A stretch of 64,000 bases of DNA, taken from positions 130,168 to 194,167 of the forward strand of contig JAGVEX010000015.1 in NCBI GenBank assembly GCA_020057885.1, written 5' to 3'. The stretch is from a bacterium (GTDB lineage Bacteria; Patescibacteriota; Patescibacteriia; Veblenbacterales; UBA10138). Under the pieces are notes generated by a model. That model had not been told where the DNA came from, did not search any database, and saw nothing but the letters and a program-made list of their open reading frames with translations. This document shows, piece after piece, positions 20,132 through 27,761 of the stretch (the first letter of the stretch is position 1; each line of letters begins with the position of its first letter). The translations under genes and the position numbers were made by a program.

Positions 20132-20473
20132 CTAGGTGAACGATTTAAGTTTAGCCTGCCGTACTTTGCGATTACGCGCTTCAAATTTACCTTTGATTTT
20201 GACAATCTGACGTTCAAGTTTGGGCACGACTATATCTATAGCAGAATGCATTTCACTAGCTTTGGTATTCATGGCGATATCTGGTCCGGGCACTTCCAAA
20301 CAAACTTCAATGTGGAAAATATCACCTGATTTTTGTTTGTGGTCAATTTTAAGCTCCACGCGAGCGCGGATAATCTTACTCCAATAATGAGCCAACTTAC
20401 CCACCTTTTGCTCTACATAAGTCTTAAGGCTAGGTGTTAATTTGAAATCTTTAGCACTGATTATAATATCCAT
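20132..20473 (-). CDS. hpf: ribosome hibernation promoting factor (HPF/RaiA); start moved to 20473
   Basis: MDIIISAKDFKLTPSLKTYVEQK...MHSAID....KLERQ. Confidence 0.9.
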   Translation of the reverse strand: MDIIISAKDFKLTPSLKTYVEQKVGKLAHYWSKIIRARVELKIDHKQKSGDIFHIEVCLEVPGPDIAMNTKASEMHSAIDIVVPKLERQIVKIKGKFEARNRKVRQAKLKSFT

Positions 20474-20593
20474 CTTGTTGTTATAAAAAATATTACTCGA
20501 TACTTTTAACTCTATGCCTCCGCCTCGCAAAGGTAAGGAGTGGATACAGCTACTATAGGAAATTCCATACTAATTTGCAAATCGCCAGCAACC

Positions 20594-20602
20594 TGTGGAT
20601 AA
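20594..20602. promoter_or_regulatory. single consensus DnaA box
   Basis: TGTGGATAA (reverse complement TTATCCACA) in the hpf/prs divergent spacer. Confidence 0.4.
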
Positions 20603-20723
20603 ACTTGACCAAAAGAAGACAAAAGTAGTAAGGTGAATAACTAAACAAAACTATATAAAAATCAATAAAAAACCGAATTTTAACAATAAAAAACCATAAA
20701 CTATAACTAAAAGGAGAGTAGTT

Positions 20724-21695
20724 ATGAAAAAATTAAAAGGCATTAAACTGTTTGCAGCCAGGCATTCAATACCTTTTGGACAACAAGTAGCTAAACACCT
20801 TGGTATTAAGCTTGGAAAAGTGAATATACTTAATTTTTCCGATGAAGAAATTTATGTAAAATACTTAGAAAACCTCAGGGGGAAGGATGTCTTTATAATT
20901 TGTTCCACTAATCCACCAGCGGATCACCTTATGGAATTGCTGATAATGATCGATGCTGCCAAACGCGCTTCCGCTCGTAGTGTAACAGTAGTAATACCAT
21001 ATTTTGGTAATGCGCGCCAAGACAGAAAAGATGCTCCAAGGGTTTCAATTACAGCAAAACTTATCGCGAATCTAATTACTACAGCAGGCGCCAGCAGAGT
21101 AATCACTATGGATCTACACGCGCCGCAAATACAAGGCTTCTTCGATATTCCAGTTGACAACTTATATGCTTCATCAAAAATACTAATACCATACTGGAAG
21201 AAATTAAAAATACCAGATCTCGCAGTGGCAGCACTAGATGCCGGTAGTTCTAAAATGGCACGTTTTTGGGCCAATGAATTAAATGCTAAATTAATAATGG
21301 TTGATAAGCGCCGCAAAAAAGCAAACCAAATAGAACGAAACCCTCAAATTATTGGTAACGCTAAAGGGTGTAATATAATTACTCCCGACGACTTAATGGA
21401 TACTGCCGGTACATTTAAGACTGGCGTAAAAACACTCAAAGCCGCGGGCGCTAAAAACATATATGGTGCCTTCACACACTTACTTTGCTCTGGCAAAGCA
21501 TATAAAAGAATTTTGGAACTACAAAAAGAATGCAATCTCAAGCAAATTATAGGAACGGATTCTATCCCACATGACGATAAAATGCCAAATATTATTAAGG
21601 TTTTATCGGCTACTAAATTATTTGCAGAAGCAATTCTGCGAGTTGCAACAAATAAATCAATTTCCTCTATCTTCAAAGATGGAGAAAGAAGATAG
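20724..21695 (+). CDS. prs: ribose-phosphate pyrophosphokinase
   Basis: FSDEE, PYFGNARQDRK, DLHAPQIQGFF, DDLMDTAGT. Confidence 0.95.
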   Translation: MKKLKGIKLFAARHSIPFGQQVAKHLGIKLGKVNILNFSDEEIYVKYLENLRGKDVFIICSTNPPADHLMELLIMIDAAKRASARSVTVVIPYFGNARQDRKDAPRVSITAKLIANLITTAGASRVITMDLHAPQIQGFFDIPVDNLYASSKILIPYWKKLKIPDLAVAALDAGSSKMARFWANELNAKLIMVDKRRKKANQIERNPQIIGNAKGCNIITPDDLMDTAGTFKTGVKTLKAAGAKNIYGAFTHLLCSGKAYKRILELQKECNLKQIIGTDSIPHDDKMPNIIKVLSATKLFAEAILRVATNKSISSIFKDGERR

Positions 21696-21723
21696 ATTAT
21701 ATAAACCTATCAGCAAATCAGCA

Positions 21724-21748
21724 AGAGAGTACCCCAACGGTACTCTCT
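21724..21748. terminator. bidirectional terminator between prs and murB
   Basis: agagagtacc-N5-ggtactctct. Confidence 0.75.
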
Positions 21749-21757
21749 ATTTTTATT

Positions 21758-22729
21758 CTAAAATCCAATATACCGCACTTCCTCCTGCAGTTGAATGCCA
21801 AATTTATCGCGTACCTGCTGCTTGATAAATGAAATCAGCATCACCACATCCTCAGCCTTGGCACCGCCGATATTCACAATATAATTCGCGTGCTTTTCCG
21901 AAACCTGCGCTCCGCCGATAGTTTTGCTTTTTAACCCTGCTTTATCAATCAACCAGCTGGCCGGCACCTGGCCGCGCGCTATAAACTCATCTAAATTTTT
22001 CTCGTTTTTAAATTTAGCTTTTACTTCCTCTGCCTCGGTAATTTTAAAATTAGTAAATATACACCCCGGCGACGGCATATTGTAAGGCTGATTTTTCCGC
22101 GCCTCGGCGTATTTTTTAATTAATTCCTGGCTTTGCTCCTTATTACCTTTCTCTAAAACAAAAGTAGCGCTAAGAATAATATCGTTGTTGTGTTTAAAAA
22201 ATGAATCGCGATAACCAAAATTACATTCCTCTTTGCTTAAACGGACAAGTTTATCGCCGCGGCACACATCAACTTTTTTTACCCACTCGCCAATAAACCC
22301 GCGTGGTGTTTGCGGTAAACCAGCGTTGCCGTAAACCGCGCCGCCAACTGTGCCGGGCACAGCGACCAATGGTTCAAAACCTGTTAAGCCCTGATCTATT
22401 GTTTTTTGCACCAAGTAACCAAGATTAACACCTGCCTCGGCCATCACCTTAGTGCCAGAAATTAATAAATGATTATTTTTTACTATTACTACCATACCCT
22501 GAAAACCGGCGTCGGCCACCAAAACATTTGTACCGCCGCCCAAAACAATAAAAGGTAATTTAAGCTCATCTACCACCTGAATAACCTTAATCAACTCTTT
22601 AGTACTTTGGGCTACAAAAAAATACTTAGCCGGCCCGCCAATTTTAAAATTAGTATAACCAGCCAAAGGTTCAGCGGTTTTTACACCACTACCTAAATTT
22701 TCTTGTAACTGAGTAAAAATGTCAGACAT
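21758..22729 (-). CDS. murB: UDP-N-acetylmuramate dehydrogenase
   Basis: FKIGGPA, GGGTNVL, PGTVGGAVYGNAG, FGYRDS, KHANYIVN. Confidence 0.97.
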   Translation of the reverse strand: MSDIFTQLQENLGSGVKTAEPLAGYTNFKIGGPAKYFFVAQSTKELIKVIQVVDELKLPFIVLGGGTNVLVADAGFQGMVVIVKNNHLLISGTKVMAEAGVNLGYLVQKTIDQGLTGFEPLVAVPGTVGGAVYGNAGLPQTPRGFIGEWVKKVDVCRGDKLVRLSKEECNFGYRDSFFKHNNDIILSATFVLEKGNKEQSQELIKKYAEARKNQPYNMPSPGCIFTNFKITEAEEVKAKFKNEKNLDEFIARGQVPASWLIDKAGLKSKTIGGAQVSEKHANYIVNIGGAKAEDVVMLISFIKQQVRDKFGIQLQEEVRYIGF

Positions 22730-22931
22730 TAAAAATGTAAAATTTAAAAATCAAAAATTAAAATAATATAATTAATTTTGCTTTATTGCTCAATTACAAG
22801 ATTACGACATTAAACTAAAATGGGCAAATATGCTTCCGATAATTTTCTTTAAAAATTATGTAGAACAATATGTTTAATAAATTACTTTTTGGCTAAAATT
22901 AGGCATAATTTATTACTCATTATAAAAACTA

Positions 22932-22960
22932 TTGACAAATTGGGTTAGACGCGCTATGAT
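22932..22960 (+). promoter_or_regulatory. near-consensus sigma70 promoter of the island
   Basis: TTGACA-N17-TATGAT. Confidence 0.8.
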
Positions 22961-23001
22961 AATATGTTATTTTAATACCTGATTGTACCTTAAAAACCAA
23001 C

Positions 23002-23154
23002 AACTCTTCTTATTAACCTGGGAGGGGAGAAAAAAGTAAGTGCCACGGTAAGGGTTGGCTTTTGCTGACTTTAACCGCGAGTTACTTACTTTAGATACAC
23101 TAGCCTTCGGGCAAAGGTGTATCATCATTCTCCTCCAGATTAATAAGAAGAGTT
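23002..23154 (+). ncRNA. unassigned structured RNA (three-way junction, about 153 nt)
   Basis: 15 bp perfect closing stem, a long arm rich in G-U pairs, and a third arm capped by cUUCGg. Confidence 0.65.
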
Positions 23155-23189
23155 TAAATAATAATTATAAAAACAAATGGAGAAAAACA

Positions 23190-23429
23190 ATGGGAAAATT
23201 TTTAGCAACTTTAGTATGTACGGTTTTCTTTCTTTATGCAATTGGTCTTGTGTTTCTATATGGTTATTTCCTTAACATGAACAAACATGATAGATCCCTA
23301 TTAATGCTTGATTCATATAAATGGGCTGAATATCTTCTGTTGCCTTTTATCGTTATCGGAATTATCATCGCGATATTAGTAAGCAGACCTAAGCGGCCAA
23401 AACAAAATATAGACCACAACCTGGTTTAA
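23190..23429 (+). CDS. small 2-TM membrane protein, 79 aa (start moved to ATG 23190)
   Basis: SD-like ggaga upstream; two hydrophobic segments and a basic tail. Confidence 0.65.
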   Translation: MGKFLATLVCTVFFLYAIGLVFLYGYFLNMNKHDRSLLMLDSYKWAEYLLLPFIVIGIIIAILVSRPKRPKQNIDHNLV

Positions 23430-23451
23430 ATAAACATCGATCAAAAACCTC

Positions 23452-23761
23452 CTGGGAACGAAACGATTCGTCCTAGTACAAAACTTGGAGCCAAAATGGC
23501 ACGAGCCCCTTAAAACAAATAAAGGTCACTCAATATGAATGACCTACATATTTTCAAACAGCGAAAAATTAACGCCTAGGCGTTTAAGTATGTATCAGGT
23601 GTGAACAACCACAGCAAGGGTTGACTTAGGTCAACTAAAATTCCTGTCGGCCCCACATTTGGTACCTGCCCAATGCGGGGAGTGCAATATTCTGATAAAA
23701 TCAGAATAAACGCCTCCCCCACTTTTTTAAGCTCACAAACTAATTTGCGAGTTTAAAAAAG
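23452..23761 (+). ncRNA. hairpin-rich non-coding region or possible attenuator
   Basis: At least 6 stems, including mutually exclusive 23651-23680 versus 23677-23719 plus a T6 run. Confidence 0.4.
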
Positions 23762-23794
23762 AAAAATAATAAAAAAAGAGAAGAGAGATAAAAA

Positions 23795-23896
23795 ATGAAT
23801 AAAAAAACAATAAAAAGATTAATTTCATTAATTGTCACAATCATACTAGTGGCAATCGTTAATATGATCATCAGTATGATTATTAAAAATACCTAA
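23795..23896 (+). CDS. 33 aa hydrophobic single-TM peptide
   Basis: MNKKTIKRLISLIVTIILVAIVNMIISMIIKNT; purine-rich upstream sequence; terminator directly after the stop. Confidence 0.55.
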   Translation: MNKKTIKRLISLIVTIILVAIVNMIISMIIKNT

Positions 23897-23897
23897 C

Positions 23898-23927
23898 AAA
23901 GTCGATTCTGTTTCAGAATCGGCTTTT
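23898..23927 (+). terminator. intrinsic terminator
   Basis: aaagtcgattctg-ttt-cagaatcggctttt. Confidence 0.75.
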
Positions 23928-23969
23928 AATTTTCTATTTTCTATCCCAAATTATTCTCAAATTATTGTT

Positions 23970-24005
23970 ATGCCAAAAAGTGTCCGGCCGGACACTTTTT
24001 GGCAT
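23970..24005. repeat. 36 bp perfect loopless palindrome, TGTCCGGCCGGACA core
   Basis: atgccaaaaagtgtccgg|ccggacactttttggcat. Confidence 0.95.
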
Positions 24006-24062
24006 TCTCTAAAACTCAATAAATTAAAATAGAAAATATTTATCTATTCAGAAATTCAAAAT

Positions 24063-24101
24063 TAACCATCGGGGAAAAATAAGCGATCGCTTATTTTTCC
24101 C
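24063..24101. repeat. palindrome, copy 2 of the GCGATCGC-core family
   Basis: Identical to 5813-5851; the perfect palindrome spans 24072-24101. Confidence 0.95.
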
Positions 24102-24151
24102 TAACGCTATTTTAGTCGTGTTGAAATAAATTAAATAAATTTAACAACTAT

Positions 24152-25561
24152 TTAATATTCACTTCCGGTAACTTTGCCAAATTTTTTAATTAATTCTTCT
24201 CCCACTTGCCAAACATCACCTGCGCCCATAGTAATAACTACATCACTGCGGCCAGCCGTGGAAATTAAATATTCCGCGGTTTTAGCAATATCAGACTGAT
24301 AAGAAACTTTAGAATGATTTTTAGTAACTTCGCTCGCCAAATTTTCAGCGTTCACTCCCCCACCTTGTTCACGCGCTGAAGCATAAGTTTCCAAAATAAC
24401 AACTTCATCAGCCTCGGTAAAAGCTTTGGCAAAATCTGGCAAAAAAGCCTTTGTTCGAGAAAAAGTGTGTGGTTGAAAAATACAACGAATAGTTTTGTAT
24501 GGATAAAAATTACGCACAGCTTTGAGTGAGGCAATAATTTCCGCGGGATGATGTGCATAATCATCTATTACTGTAACACCATTGGTTAATTTACCTTTTA
24601 TCTCAAGACGTCTCGATGTACCCTCAAACGAGGCCAAACCTTGGCGGATAAATTCAAAATCAACCCCCAAACGACTAGCACACGCCACTACTGCCAAAGC
24701 ATTTGAAACATTATGGCTGCCAATAAGCCTCAACCAAAAATCTCCACAAAATTCCTCACCTTTGTTAACGGAAAAATGCCAACGACCTTCGTCGAGCCAC
24801 ATACGCAACATTTGCCAAAAACCATTCTGCAAACCATAACTTACTATTTGTTCTGGTTTTAAACCGGCCTGCGCCACAGCGCGCTTAACATCTTCGTTGT
24901 CATAACAAGCTACTACAAAACCATCAGGTGGAAGTTTTTTTAAAAATTCCACAAAAGCGGTAAAATATTCTTCGCGCGTAGCAAAAAAATCAGGATGATC
25001 CCAATCTATACTGGTAAGCACGATAATTTGCGGTGAAAAATATTTAAATTTATTTTGATATTCATCAGCCTCAAAAACAAAAATATCTCCCGGTCCTGCC
25101 AAAGCATTGCCTTGAAACTGCGGCACGTTAGAACCAACCAAAGCTGAGGGTGAAAGGTTCGCAATTTTTAAGACGTGCGCCAATAAAGCGCTGGTAGTGG
25201 TTTTGCCATGACTGCCGGCCACCGCCACACTGCGGCGTTCACGCGTAAATTCTCCTAAAGCCTCCGGATAAGTAATTACCGGAATTTTTTTATCCAACGC
25301 GGTTTTTACCTCAATATTGCTTTCGTCATAAGCTGTGGAGCGGATAATTATATCTATTTTTCTCTCCAAGTGCGTAGCGCTAAACCCCTCTAAACATTCA
25401 ATGTGGGAATGGCGCAAAACTTCATCAGTAAAAAATTTTTCAGCTGTATCACTACCCCACACTTCTTTGCCTTGAGCCTGCAATAACTGGGCCAAGCCTG
25501 TCATGCCTACTCCTTTTAGACCAACACAATAAATTCTGTTCGCTTGCGATAATTCAGACAT
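24152..25561 (-). CDS. murC: UDP-N-acetylmuramate--L-alanine ligase
   Basis: GLKGVGM, GSHGKTTT, EADEY, DDYAHHP, FQPHTFSRT. Confidence 0.97.
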   Translation of the reverse strand: MSELSQANRIYCVGLKGVGMTGLAQLLQAQGKEVWGSDTAEKFFTDEVLRHSHIECLEGFSATHLERKIDIIIRSTAYDESNIEVKTALDKKIPVITYPEALGEFTRERRSVAVAGSHGKTTTSALLAHVLKIANLSPSALVGSNVPQFQGNALAGPGDIFVFEADEYQNKFKYFSPQIIVLTSIDWDHPDFFATREEYFTAFVEFLKKLPPDGFVVACYDNEDVKRAVAQAGLKPEQIVSYGLQNGFWQMLRMWLDEGRWHFSVNKGEEFCGDFWLRLIGSHNVSNALAVVACASRLGVDFEFIRQGLASFEGTSRRLEIKGKLTNGVTVIDDYAHHPAEIIASLKAVRNFYPYKTIRCIFQPHTFSRTKAFLPDFAKAFTEADEVVILETYASAREQGGGVNAENLASEVTKNHSKVSYQSDIAKTAEYLISTAGRSDVVITMGAGDVWQVGEELIKKFGKVTGSEY

Positions 25562-25564
25562 AAT

Positions 25565-26629
25565 TTAAGATTTTTTGATTAATTTATAAATCTCTTTCAC
25601 AAAAGAGACGGCTGGCTGGGGCGGAAAAAGATTATGCAAATTTTTACCAAACTCTGCGCGGTGTTTATCATCAGCTAGCAGCTGACTTACGGTAGCAACG
25701 AAATTATCTGGCGTCAAGCTTAGTTGGTTTAAAATTTTAGCAGCCTTATTTTTTTCTAAAAGACTGGCATTATCCTCTTGGTGGGTATGGGGTATAGGTA
25801 CAACTATGGCTGCTTTAGACAAAGTTGCTAACTCAGTTAACACACCCATACCAGCACGCGTTACTACTAAATCGGCCGCGGCTAAGATATTCGAAGTGTC
25901 GGTAGTAAAGTCTAATACGCGGTAGTGAGGAGAGAAATTATCACTATTTTTTTTCCCCATACCAGTCAAATGAATAATTTGTATCTGATCATTAAATTTT
26001 GGCAAAGCAGATATTAGCAAATGATTAAAAAATTCTGCACCCGTACCGCCGCCCAGCACCGCTAGCGTAAACATGTCCTGCTCTAAACCTAAATTAGTTC
26101 GCGCTTGGTTTTTATTTATTTTTTCAAAAATATTTCTCACTGGATTGCCTGTTAATATAGTTTTAGTAGCTGAAAAATCATTAAGGGATTCTTTTAATGA
26201 TACAGTAATGCGCGCGGCAATGGGCGCTAATAATTTATTAGCTAAACCTGGACGCACATCCTGCTGATGTATTAAAACGGGTATACCCCAAAGCCACGCC
26301 GCCCAACCAACTGGTACGGCCACAAATGAACCTGCGGTAAGCACAATATCCACTTTGTTATTTACTAGCCAAGCTAACGCTTCAAAAAAACCTAAAATAA
26401 TGCGGCCAAGGTCGCTAAAATTCTGTATACTCCAATAACGGCGTATTTTCCCGGCTGATAAAACCATAAAATTAATTTTGTAAGATTCCACTAACTTGCG
26501 TTCTGGTCCTGCACTCGTGCCAAACCAATACACCTCAACTGGCTCAGGTGAGTGTCGTAATTCATCTATCACGGCAAGTAAAGGAGTAACTGAACCAAGT
26601 GTACCGCCGCCCGCGCAAAGTATCTTCAT
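25565..26629 (-). CDS. murG: lipid II GlcNAc transferase
   Basis: GGGTLGSVTP, HQQD..PGLAN, TGNPVR, HQEDNA. Confidence 0.95.
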   Translation of the reverse strand: MKILCAGGGTLGSVTPLLAVIDELRHSPEPVEVYWFGTSAGPERKLVESYKINFMVLSAGKIRRYWSIQNFSDLGRIILGFFEALAWLVNNKVDIVLTAGSFVAVPVGWAAWLWGIPVLIHQQDVRPGLANKLLAPIAARITVSLKESLNDFSATKTILTGNPVRNIFEKINKNQARTNLGLEQDMFTLAVLGGGTGAEFFNHLLISALPKFNDQIQIIHLTGMGKKNSDNFSPHYRVLDFTTDTSNILAAADLVVTRAGMGVLTELATLSKAAIVVPIPHTHQEDNASLLEKNKAAKILNQLSLTPDNFVATVSQLLADDKHRAEFGKNLHNLFPPQPAVSFVKEIYKLIKKS

Positions 26630-26633
26630 AAAA

Positions 26634-27761
26634 TTATACGTTAGCTTTTTTAGATTGCCGAGAAATATTTACCAATATTCCAACGGCTGCTAAAACTGTA
26701 ACTAAAGCTGTACCGCCAGATGAAATAAAAGGCAACGGCACGCCAGTGAGAGGAACTAATCTTAACATAGAAGCAATGTTAAGACAGGTTTGCCAACCTA
26801 ACCAAGCCAAAATACCTGCTCCCAGATAACGTCCAAAAGTGTCAGGTGCCCTCTTAACAATCTGCCAGCCGCGAAACAAAAAACTGACTACCAATGCTAA
26901 AAACAATAAAGTAAAAATAAAACCCAATTCTTCGGCCATTATGGCAAAAATTGAATCTCCAGTTACTTCTGGTAAATACTGATATTTTTGGCGTGAATAA
27001 CCAAGTCCCAAACCAAACCAACCGCCAGAACCAATGGCCAACAAAGCTTGATTTATGTGATAGCCTACGCCACTTGGTTCAAGTGTTGGATCTAAAAATA
27101 CTGTAAGCCGACTAGCACTATGTGGAAAAAATTTAATCAAAAACCAAAACCCCACTAAACCAGTGCCGACCAAAGTAAATAATTGGGTTAACCTTGCTCC
27201 AGCCACTAAATACACTGCAAAAGCGCTAAATGCTAAAACCGACATAGTGCCAAAATCAGGCTGTAAAATAATAAGACCTAAAATTGTTCCTACTACTAAA
27301 ATAAAAGGTATAAAACAATGACTCCACGAACGTATTCCTTCACTTCCTCTGCTTTCTAGCCAAGCTGCCAAATAAGTAATTAAAGCAAGTTTTACAACTT
27401 CGCTCGGCTGAAAAATAAAAGTACCAAATGCCAACCACCGACGCGAACCACCATGCCCAAAACTTAAACCGGGAATAAAAACCGCTATCAATAACAATAA
27501 TGAAACAATTAAAGCCGGCAAAGCAAATGGTTTTAAACGCTGATAATCAAATTTACTAAAAAATAAAAATAATACCAAGCCCGGCAAAAGCCCAAACAAA
27601 GCCTGATGTTTTAAATAATAATAACTGTCTTGATACTTTTGAAAAGAAACTACTGAAGAAGCTGAGGAAAGCATTATTAAACCAACTATTACCAACGACA
27701 AAGCTAGGGTAATGAATACATAATCCGGATGATTTGAATTTACGCGTGATATAAGTTTCAT
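26634..27761 (-). CDS. ftsW: SEDS peptidoglycan polymerase FtsW
   Basis: FQPSE, LQPDFG, YLPE...DSIFA, PLTGVPLPFIS; dcw gene context. Confidence 0.92.
   Translation of the reverse strand: MKLISRVNSNHPDYVFITLALSLVIVGLIMLSSASSVVSFQKYQDSYYYLKHQALFGLLPGLVLFLFFSKFDYQRLKPFALPALIVSLLLLIAVFIPGLSFGHGGSRRWLAFGTFIFQPSEVVKLALITYLAAWLESRGSEGIRSWSHCFIPFILVVGTILGLIILQPDFGTMSVLAFSAFAVYLVAGARLTQLFTLVGTGLVGFWFLIKFFPHSASRLTVFLDPTLEPSGVGYHINQALLAIGSGGWFGLGLGYSRQKYQYLPEVTGDSIFAIMAEELGFIFTLLFLALVVSFLFRGWQIVKRAPDTFGRYLGAGILAWLGWQTCLNIASMLRLVPLTGVPLPFISSGGTALVTVLAAVGILVNISRQSKKANV

Noticed and set aside
20107-20217. Apparent 86 bp overlap of speA with hpf
   Set aside because: Artefact of longest-ORF calling; ATG 20106 removes the overlap
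20474-20600. raiA-motif RNA upstream of hpf
   Set aside because: Only about 125 nt with one modest hairpin; too short and no recognisable multistem architecture
20594-20602. Replication origin
   Set aside because: Only one DnaA box, with no box cluster and no dnaA/dnaN nearby
23002-23154. 5S rRNA, hammerhead ribozyme or c-di-GMP riboswitch identity for the junction RNA
   Set aside because: It lacks CCGAAC/AGUA (5S), CUGAUGA plus GAAA (hammerhead) and the GEMM core
23055-23189. TTG-started N-terminal extension of the 124 aa ORF
   Set aside because: It runs through the structured RNA; ATG 23190 has an SD-like motif and begins the hydrophobic domain
23590-23680. SRP RNA (tcagg...cagc) or T-box (tggtacc) similarity
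   Set aside because: No GNRA-capped SRP helix with AGCAG, and no full T-box GGTGGxACCGCG; only short chance matches
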